The notes beneath the pieces were generated by a model, which worked only from the letters and a program-made list of their open reading frames with translations, ran no database searches and was not told the origin of the DNA. DNA of 63,877 bases, filler included, from Lenisia limosa (Eukaryota > Protista > Breviatea), in NCBI GenBank assembly GCA_001655205.1. It is 8 parts of 8 records of this genome, joined end to end, with 100 filler letters (N's around TTAATTAATTAA, not from the genome) between each part and the next. Parts side by side here need not be neighbours in the genome. Positions count along the whole stretch, not along the records: positions 55,241 to 58,755 come from LPNZ01001550.1; positions 58,856 to 59,958 come from LPNZ01010018.1; positions 60,059 to 62,358 come from LPNZ01003435.1; positions 62,459 to 63,877 come from LPNZ01000985.1; 4 more parts are not named here. One strand, given 5' to 3'. A program made the translations under genes and the position numbers. Positions 55,400 to 63,877 of this stretch are shown here, one piece after another; position 1 is the stretch's first letter; each line of letters starts with the position of its first letter.

Positions 55400-57400
55400 A
55401 CTAAGACGGAACAAAAAGAAGACTATCCTCAAAAACAAGACATTTTTCAAAAAACTGGGGCCCTTTTTATTCACCTGGGCCCCTTTTTATGCACTGACCT
55501 ATCTGTACTATGGAAAGATTCCACCCACATGTCATATTTTTGAGAAGTATGGAAAGACTCCACCCACATCTATCCTTGACACTGGGTACGATTTGGACTC
55601 TTTACCCAGTTTCTCCAATATTGACAGGTCCTCTTCAGACCGCTCAACAGAAGGGACTGATTTCGAAGAATTCACTGATGTGCTCTATAACAATGAGCAG
55701 AGAGCGGCAGGAGTAAAACAATGAGCCAAAAGAGCGGCAGAGTGTCAGTTTTGAAAGTTTTCATGAATACTAAGAAAGTGGTTCGTGGTAAATACAGTTT
55801 AAGAGTATCAAGAATGCTAAATTTCAAGGTTGTGAAATGGACATTATTTTTTTTGGAAGAATGCGATAATAAAGGGAAACAATAAAACAAATGCGCTTGA
55901 TAACCTGTACCCCAGGAACCTTCTGGTTTTTCAGTTTTTCAAGTTCTAATTCCAGTTCCAGGCGCTTTGTTTCTGAGGCCTAAAGTGTGACGTGTTTGAC
56001 AGTGTCAACAGGCTGCAGGTCAAAAGAGACACCAAACTTTCTATGGAATATTTGATTTATCTTTATGCTTGGATCTGAATTATAAAAGAAAGCGCTGGTA
56101 ACTTGTGGGAGATCCAAAATAGCTCTACAAACAAAGGAGCACCCACCAGAAGCTTCTCATTTAGTAGCGCCAGGGCGGAGGTTTCGGCATGAAGGCGCTG
56201 GAGCGTGTCTCCGGCAGCTGCGGGGGGGGGGGGGNNNNNNNNNNNNNNNNNNNNNNNNNNNNNNNNNNNNNNNNNNNNNNNNNNNNNNNNNNNNNNNNNN
56301 NNNNNNNNNNNNNNNNNNNNNNNNNNNNNNNNNNNNNNNNNNNNNNNNNNNNNNNNNNNNNNNNNNNNNNNNNNNNNNNNNNNNNNNNNNNNNNNNNNNN
56401 NNNNNNNNNNNNNNNNNNNNNNNNNNNNGAAAAGAAGAAAAGAAACAGACAGCGCATACCCTGCTGATACACCTCGGCATCTGCACGTAGTTGGTCCCCC
56501 AGGGTTTGCAGGTCTTCGAGGAGATACGTCAGCGTTTCCCCCTGTAGCTCTTCATTGTCTTCGTCTTCTTGCTGGAAAGGTGAGCATTCTGACGGGAAGG
56601 GTAGGCTATTATTGGAAAAAATGCAGAGTTTTCATTATCTTTTAAGAGTGGGATTGAATTTTTCATGGGCTTCTTGACATGGAGAGTAGTATTGTAGCAG
56701 ACAGGGAAAATACGTTACAAATGTGGGAGTAAAGAGACTGTACTCCGAATTGTGAATCCCTCTATTCCGATTAACAGCAGCAAACCTCTTCATTCTGTTG
56801 GGGGGTAGCGGGGGTTGGAGGGGCTAACTCTGCTTCTTTTCTTGGCTTTTTGGATTTAGGTGAAGCAGTAGCTGGGGCAAACAAGCCCTCCAATTTCAAT
56901 CCAAAGGAACTAGAAAGATGTTTGGCTACCTTTCCAGGCTCAACTTTCACTTCGCCGGACTTAACTTGCCTCAATTGGCGCTTTGAAGCTCTTGTTCTGG
57001 GAGTGGCTTCCGGAGAGAAACCTCCCCTCACTTTTAATTGATTAATTACCGACTTATAAGTTGAGTACTGCCTTGCAGGGGTCTCTGGAACATCGGCCTA
57101 AAAGAGTTATTGGGCATATTTACGCAGATTTAGTCCAACTTTAGGTTTCTTTGCCATATTCTTTGAAAAATGCCTAAATTTTTCAAAGCAAAATTTAGTG
57201 AATCATAATCAAAAGCAATCACTTTTTTTAGTTGATGTTTTTTCCTTTCCTCCCTTCTTTAAGAATATAGGCTTAAGTTGTTGCTATATTGTATTTAAAA
57301 GATCCTAAACTAAAAGAAAAAAAGATACGTGTTGTTTGTGGAGAAATTCAGAGTCTTCCTCTTCCTAGTCCTTTCTTAGCCCCCGCTCTATCACGAACAA
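55400..57400 (-). CDS. Hypothetical coiled-coil protein, multi-exon
   Basis: Exons VRGGFSPEATPRTRASKRQLRQ..TPQQNEE|, ECSPFQQEDEDNEELQGETLTYLLEDLQTLGDQLRADAEVYQQ|, AGDTLQRLHAETSALALLNEKLL| and ASETKRLELELELEKLKNQK|. Both ends are uncertain. Confidence 0.5.
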
Positions 57401-57995
57401 TTCTATTTTAAAGCGAAATGTAAAGAGGCTGAGGCCTCTCTCATTTTAATTCTACCAATGTCTTCGGTTTGTTGATGGCAACGATCCGCTGTTTTCATTC
57501 TGTAGTATCTTTCGAAGAGTGGTGGTTACTCCAAGCCTCCAGGCTCCCCACAAGGTAAGGAAGGCCCAGGGTCTCTTGGATGCATAATTAACTGAGGGGA
57601 GTTGAAGATTGTTGGGTTTCACTTTTTTTTTCAAGATTTCATAGACATTACTATCTTTTCTGTCATGCTGTGTTTGAAAAGTTCTACTTATTTTATGAAG
57701 TTGTTGCCTTTGAGCAAAGCCGTGTTGTATTCTATTTATTTGATCCTTTACTGTTGGGTTTCAGCCAAATGCCTTTCACCTCCCAAAAACTCACACTTGT
57801 CCACTCTTCAGCCTCGCCAAGGCACGCATCATCACCATATACCACCCCCAAGAAGGCCGCACTACGTCCCTCCACTCCCCCCCGTTTGAAGAACACCAAA
57901 ATTGCGGCACCATCTGAAAGACGTGTTGAAAGGTGGGCAGATATTGTGATATTTTCCTCTTAAAAGTAAAGCAAGAGTATCAGTTGAACTTTAAA

Positions 57996-58670
57996 TGGAT
58001 GATGAAGATTTGGTCAGTATGACAATCATATCTTTTGTCTCATATGTCAATAATAGTTACTTTTTTACTTAATCTTAATCCCACAAGTAAGTTCGGTTAC
58101 ATTGAACGAGTCAGTGCTCGTTTTTATAACCTACTTTTATATGTATCCCCCTCCCAGTTACGGAGAAAGCAGTCCCACATGCAGCGTTGTGGCGTCTGAC
58201 GGCCGCGTATGGGTGGCCCTCGAATCTGGTCATGTCTTGATCTATGATCCTCAGGTGCGAGGCTGTTCGGACCCCCATGTTCCCGAGAAATATTGACAGC
58301 CTCCAAGTGTCTGACCCATTAGAACGGACGCATAATCAGAAAGCTTTTTTGTGGAGATTCCCATAATGCATCCGGTAAGTGGCAATGCAAATGTTAGTTA
58401 TCTGAACTATATCGACATTGGAATGGCTCTACATTTTTGGTGATACTGTTACCCCACAAACGTCAAGCCAATGTTACCTCCCCCCACAAACGTCAAGCCA
58501 ATGTTTTACTCATGTGACAGATTGTTTTTCAACCCTTCTGTCCCAAGTGTTTTAATCTCATGGCTCAGGATTCGACTATGTATCAGCGCTGGGCGTTAGT
58601 GGCAGCCACGTATGGGCAGGCATGCATTCAGGGGCCATCTCTCTCTGGAACGCACAGGTGCAGGGCTTCA
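57996..58670 (+). CDS. 5' fragment of a beta-propeller (WD40-like) protein
   Basis: Exons PTCSVVASDGRVWVALESGHVLIYDPQ| and ALGVSGSHVWAGMHSGAISLWNAQ| show the 'VWxGxxSGxIxLW' blade pattern. Truncated at the spacer. Confidence 0.55.
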
Positions 58671-59269
58671 CTGTTACTGGGGGTCCAATGGTCCGAAAAT
58701 ACATACATATTTGTGTTTATCGATGAAAAGTTATTACCAGTTTTTTTTTTTTCAANNNNNNNNNNNNNNNNNNNNNNNNNNNNNNNNNNNNNNNNNNNNT
58801 TAATTAATTAANNNNNNNNNNNNNNNNNNNNNNNNNNNNNNNNNNNNNNNNNNNNCCAAATGTCGTGAGATAAGAGCCTCCTTTGTCGTACTTATCAGAA
58901 AGGCTTCAATTGCTCACTTCTTCTTGACGTGGACAGAATCTGAACAAAGACCATTGGAATTATAGTGACTTAAATAGTGGCGCGTGATAATTGATATATT
59001 TTTGAAACACGTACATATCCCACCGGTCATAAATCAGGTGGAAATCAGAAATCAGGTGGAAATCCAAAATCAAATAGTGATTCAGTTTTTTACAAAAAGG
59101 AATTTTTCTTGAGCATGAACTTTGAATACTTGACCACTTTCAATTCTATAAGCTTGCATACATATTGAAAATTTACAAACAAAAATCACAGTTACTGTTG
59201 GTTGGCGTTGGGCTTCCAAGACTAGAAAAGGTTAAACAATGAAAAATGGGATAAGGATGGTCATCATAC

Positions 59270-59958
59270 TTAGGTATTGTTTTTTCTGCTCCGTTTGCCT
59301 TGAGTAGACGCCAAGGTTAATCGTGGTTCTACGGCTTTCTGGTTCACTGTCGGCATTCTTTGCTTTCTTTGCTTCTTTTCTTGAACGACTTCTTCCTTTT
59401 CAACACTTTGGATTTGCTTTAATTGTGCCTTCTTCTTGGTAGCCTGCTTCTTGTCGATACCCTCAAGGCCACCGAATACCACCGCTTCGGCTGGTCCCAT
59501 TTTGGCCCCGCCCTTGGTGCTGACCTTGCGATTTCTTTCAGTTTTATTCTTAATCTCTTCAAGGGGCACAATTCCACAACCTTCAGGGAGAGCTACTAGC
59601 TTCTCTCCGTGGAGATGTCGGACAAACGAGACATCAAGGAGTGTTGGGTTCGAAATTGGCCCAAGGTCAACAGATGAGATGGCATGAGTGCTTGCAGTGA
59701 CGGCGTAGTCTTCAGGCAGGGAAAGTGCAGCAGCAGTTGCGTAAACAATAGATTGTACGGTCTGATGGGGTAAGGCTGAATGAGTAGCGGCGGCTGCGAC
59801 TGCAGCAGGTAAAACCCTGATTTCCGGTGGACAATCAGTTGGTAGTGTTTGAGCAGCTTGATGTGCTATTGTGACTTCATCTTTGAGAGTGGTCAAAACT
59901 TTGAGAGTGGTCAAAACTGTGACAGTTTGTAAATCGGCGTTGATTTGAGCAATCTCTT
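59270..59958 (-). CDS. Intronless ORF fragment (>214 aa), Lys-rich C-terminus; possibly transposon-derived
   Basis: The frame is open from the contig edge to a stop at 59270 with no introns, unlike every host gene here. It contains an 18-bp tandem duplication (gttttgaccactctcaaa on the minus strand). No catalytic motif is visible. Confidence 0.4.
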
Positions 59959-60079
59959 NNNNNNNNNNNNNNNNNNNNNNNNNNNNNNNNNNNNNNNNNN
60001 NNTTAATTAATTAANNNNNNNNNNNNNNNNNNNNNNNNNNNNNNNNNNNNNNNNNNNNGGGGGGGGGGGCGGCTGGTAA

Positions 60080-62010
60080 AAGTGTATAATGGAGGGTGTA
60101 AATGCCAATAAAAAGTCTCTGAGCGCTTACTTGACAGGGAAGCCCTCTCCAATTGCTACCGATGTACAGCCCTCTGAGAGGCAACTTGGGGGGAAGAACT
60201 CCGAAAATTCCTTGGAAGTGAGGAGGCAGAAGAAACAAAAACTCGATTTAGCTGCAAAAGTGTGGAGTGTTAACTAGGGCTTCACTTCGGTTCGAAAAAG
60301 ACCAGCAAAATATCGATAGTTTTCGAGGATTTATCGAGAAATTTAGTCTTCTTTCGAACTGAAGTGAAGCCCTAGTTAAGAGTGGTAAGACAAGGGTTGG
60401 GTGAATTAATTAAATATGATATATACAGTGACCGGGATAAGTCCTGACCGATTTGCGAAGTTATTATCCAAGGAAAATAAGCAAAGACTATCCCGGTCAC
60501 TGTTTTTATGATATGTATGTATAATTTCCAATTTTCTTAATAAGCGTGATGGTGTATATGTATGTATAATTTCCAATTTTCTTAATAAGCGTGGTGGTGT
60601 GGACGGCTTCGGCCAGATACTATAGCCGAATATCTCTTTTAAGCGTTATGGTATGGACGGCTTCGGCCAGATACTACCTTGGTTTTATTTCCCATTGCTT
60701 TATACGATACTCCAAATTTATTTGGACTGAAATCCTAATTATCGACAAGAATATCATATTAAAACTCGCCTACCAAGGCGCTGTAGCTGTAGTAGAATGT
60801 ATCCGCACCAGCAAAGCTGACCGGGAACCATGTAGCGCGATCCAAAGTTACCGACATCTACAGAAGGGAAATTATAAGGACTGCAAATGACTAAGCAGGA
60901 AAATTACAAGGACGTGTGTAAGTAGCACCTCCCTGACCCAATTTTGAATTTTTTTTATTATTTCTCAAATTTCCAACTTTACCCCTTCACCATCAGCTCT
61001 ACATTGTAATTTGGCGCTAAGTTGGGAGAAAACACACAACGGAGCGTGGTGTCAGAGCCTTCGGGGGGGGGGGGGTTAAAAAAANNNNNNNNNNNNNNNN
61101 NNNNNNNNNNNNNNNNNNNNNNNNNNNNNNNNNNNNNNNNNNNNNNNNNNNNNNNNNNNNNNNNNNNNNNNNNNNNNNNNNNNNNNNNNNNNNNNNNNNN
61201 NNNNNNNNNNACCTTCAATTACCCTGGGATAGCCCTGAAAGTAGCCCTTCAGCTTGTACTCAGCATCATCACGAACTGCAGACAGCATATTGCCTATATC
61301 GTTATAGTTCTGTTAAATGTTCCGGGGGAGGGGGATTGATGGTTAAATTTTTGATTGTTGTTACCTACTACGGTCAGGTTTATGATCATTTCAGATATAT
61401 GATCAGATTTATGATAATTGTATCGTGGGGTGCGGGTTGATCGTCAAATTTTTTATGATATGAATGATTGTTGTGTGTGCCTGTTATTGTCAAATTTGAT
61501 AAAATTTGAGGGGTGCGGGTTGTTGGTCAAATTTGATTGTTGTTACTGTTATTGGACAGGTTTGGTATACAGTGACCGGATAAGTCTAATCCGGTTTGCT
61601 CTGTGATTTCCCCAAGGAAAATAGGTCAAGACTTATCCCGGTCACTGTATTTATATTGTTTGCCTAGATTTTATGTAATAAGTATTTTTACTCTCAAAAT
61701 AATAATAAAAATGCACTTAAGCCCCATACTTGGAGCAAATAACTTGCAGCTTGCCTGGCTACTAGGGATAAAGTACGGTGAGGGGCTGAATATGACAGAC
61801 CACATGCCTTCCATGTCAGAATACTTGTAAACTTCCTAATAAGGTAAGTGAGGTGGTTGTAAATTTCTAGTAAGGAAATTAACGGCAAATTTCGAGGAAT
61901 TTTGATTGAAAGGTCAAACCATTGTAGATTGTAGGGAGACTGAGGAAAATGTCTCAAAAACTTCCATGCGTGATGTGATGACGTGGCTTGATTCCCTGGG
62001 GGGTGGGGGG
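60080..62010 (-). CDS. Fragment of hypothetical protein, multi-exon, with MITE-filled introns
   Basis: Exons GNMLSAVRDDAEYKLKGYFQGYPR|, MSVTLDRATWFPVSFAGADTFYYSYSAL| and GIFGVLPPKLPLRGLYIGSNWRGLPCQ| with GT donors and poly-C acceptors on the minus strand. Confidence 0.45.
60274..60375. mobile_element. MITE family A copy
   Basis: CTAGGGCTTCACTTCGGTTCGAAAAAG...TTTCGAACTGAAGTGAAGCCCTAG, flanked by ttaa on both sides. Confidence 0.9.
60426..60502. mobile_element. MITE family B (Tc1-derived, 77 bp)
   Basis: TA|CAGTGACCGGGATAAGTCCTGACC...GACTATCCCGGTCACTG. Confidence 0.85.
60510..60682 (+). repeat. Dispersed repeat family C with local tandem duplications
   Basis: atgtatgtataatttccaattttcttaataagcgtg(a/g)tggtgt occurs twice and tggacggcttcggccagatacta twice. 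The related core gatggtgtggacggct(t) recurs at ~31375, ~51408 and partially at ~52512 and ~29043. Confidence 0.7.
61570..61647. mobile_element. MITE family B (Tc1-derived, 78 bp)
   Basis: TA|CAGTGACCGGATAAGTC...GACTTATCCCGGTCACTG|TA. Confidence 0.85.
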
Positions 62011-62587
62011 AGCGGAGTAAAATTGGAAAATTTNNNNNNNNNNNNNNNNNNNNNNNNNNNNNNNNNNNNNNNNNNNNNNNNNNNNNNNNNNNNNNNNNNN
62101 NNNNNNNNNNNNNNNNNNNNNGCAACCCCGGATCTCGTCACAAAATGAAAGATAACAACACCAAAGCAATTTTTAAAATTTATTGTGAAGTGGCATTTTT
62201 AAGACACCTAATTTCAAATTCCATCAATATATTCTTCAAAAGGACAGCCTCAATGTAGTGCACCTCCATTTTGCAGTGATAATGCCGTTAACAAAGTTGA
62301 GCGGCAGAACGGTCTCAAAAGCCTTAGTTAAGTTGTTGAAAAGCATCTCTTCGGCAATNNNNNNNNNNNNNNNNNNNNNNNNNNNNNNNNNNNNNNNNNN
62401 NNTTAATTAATTAANNNNNNNNNNNNNNNNNNNNNNNNNNNNNNNNNNNNNNNNNNNNTAAAAGATTCATCCGAAGTTGAAAACATCCTCTTGATGAAAG
62501 TACATTCGGCTTTCCCCAGCTATAAAACCCAATCATTTGTCTTTACTTGGGGAACAAGGATAGTTCCCCAACCTCCCAGCATACCAC

Positions 62588-63144
62588 CTCAATCGTCCTG
62601 AATCCTGACAGCACGAGGTTCTTCAATAGTTCGCATCCGATACCTCCAGCACCGACAACCAACACCCGGCTGTTCCACACCTGGTAGATCAGTTATCGAT
62701 GCGGATTGCAGAGTATTGTGATCATTGCAGATTATTGATACTTATTGCAGATTATTGATGGTCATTGCGGATTATTGCAGGTATGATGTTTGATTATGAA
62801 GGCTGAAAGTAGATTTTTGACAGTGAGTAACAGATTATTGATGCTCTTCTAGGCCTGAAATAATATCAGATTATACTGTTCCACTATGAAACCGAAATCT
62901 GTTATTAATTTCTTTTCAAATTATCTCTTGGAGGTAATATTCAAGATTTGGGTTATTGGTATTCCCCAAAGATGACAGACGAGGTGCTGATGGGAGGAAA
63001 AAAGTTATGATAGCAACAAAAAGAACAGCAACACAGACGTTGAAATATGACCATCTTAGCACCAACAAGGCAAACCTTATCAAAGACATCGCCATACACG
63101 GCCTTCATGCAATGGTAGCGTTCCATTGATGAGCTGGCCGGCAT
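62588..63144 (-). CDS. UBA2: SUMO-activating enzyme E1 subunit 2 (UBA2/SAE2), first two exons only
   Basis: [23 protein letters not shown]|[31 protein letters not shown]|. The [15 protein letters not shown] motif near the N-terminus is typical of UBA2 (UBA3 usually has GGLG..NLAL). The remainder is lost at the spacer. Confidence 0.8.
62720..62785. repeat. Short minisatellite in UBA2 intron 1
   Basis: Repeats of the unit attgcagattattgat. Confidence 0.7.
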
Positions 63145-63877
63145 TGTGAACCTCAAGCACGTATGTCTGTCAATGCCACTATCTTTCCCAAATTCAATAT
63201 ATTGTATAGTAAGTAAAAATTGATAAGTTAATGAAGAGAGCGAGGACTGGGAGCTGGGGGAGCACCTGGGAGCACTGGGAGAAAATATATTTTTTGGACA
63301 AAAAGGAGCGCTAACGTGACGCCAATCTCCCTTTTGAAGTATCCCAATATCTCTTCCTCTCACGTAATTACTTTATACAAGTACTGAGAACCTGAGAACC
63401 ACAGAAAAATAGAAAGCCTTGGCTAAACTCACTTGGACATAGCACCATCCCTCATTGATCACATCCTCCTCCAACATTGAGAGCAACAAGGAACAGCCAC
63501 CTCAATGGCAGGGGTTGCGCCCCCTAACCAAGTGCCAATGATGCAGCAAGTATGGACATGAGCACTTTCTGGCCATTTATCTTCGTCCTTCTGTCTTCAT
63601 CATGTTTTTAAAAAAAATTGTTTTTTAATTATTATTATTTACTCTTTTTTTTATTATTATTGTTAGAAAAGGTATTCTCCGAAATGAAGGTATTGGATTT
63701 AATAGTTATTCATGCCTCCTTGCTCATCTTCTTGATTCTTCAGTATTACCCCCTAATTGGCTTTTTTTGTTTTGTTTCTCTCACCCACATGTGTCTTAGA
63801 GATACTGTGATATGGTACCCACCGTCTCTTTTAATTATATATTCTCATTACCAATGTTAACAAATTATGTTTGCTTC

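Noticed and set aside
62200-62358. Possible continuation of UBA2 or another transposase tail
   Set aside because: It lies across a spacer and no frame contains the expected DLDTIDxSNLNRQFLF or a convincing transposase motif.

Overview
Draft nuclear genome of an intron-dense eukaryote, most likely an anaerobic or microaerophilic protist with a mitochondrion-related organelle (MRO). That is an inference from an intron-rich PFOR with an N-terminal targeting-like presequence alongside a class I myosin and DIS3L2; a breviate-like lineage would fit but is not demonstrated. The window is not one locus. Seven 100-bp spacers (44 N + TTAATTAATTAA + 44 N) join eight independent pieces (1-27845, 27946-31793, 31894-50513, 50614-55140, 55241-58755, 58856-59958, 60059-62358, 62459-63877), so adjacency across them is meaningless. 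Manual splicing (GT-AG, mostly 45-70 nt introns, standard code) recovers a multi-IQ TH1 myosin I 3' end, TSR1, PFOR, a DUF726/TMCO4-like hydrolase, MTHFS, a membrane-anchored class I phosphodiesterase, SPT6, a DIS3L2 5' part, an SH3 protein, a UBA2 5' part and several unrecognised genes. The non-coding DNA holds a palindromic ~80-100 bp MITE family, a deleted Tc1/mariner element with derived mini-MITEs, a third dispersed repeat, and G/C homopolymer tracts in introns that coincide with most assembly gaps. The most interesting signal is ~120-150 bp of shared sequence ending exactly at the 3' splice site in introns of two unrelated genes (PFOR and SPT6), which is introner-like. All gene boundaries are hand-spliced and approximate; no database searches were run.
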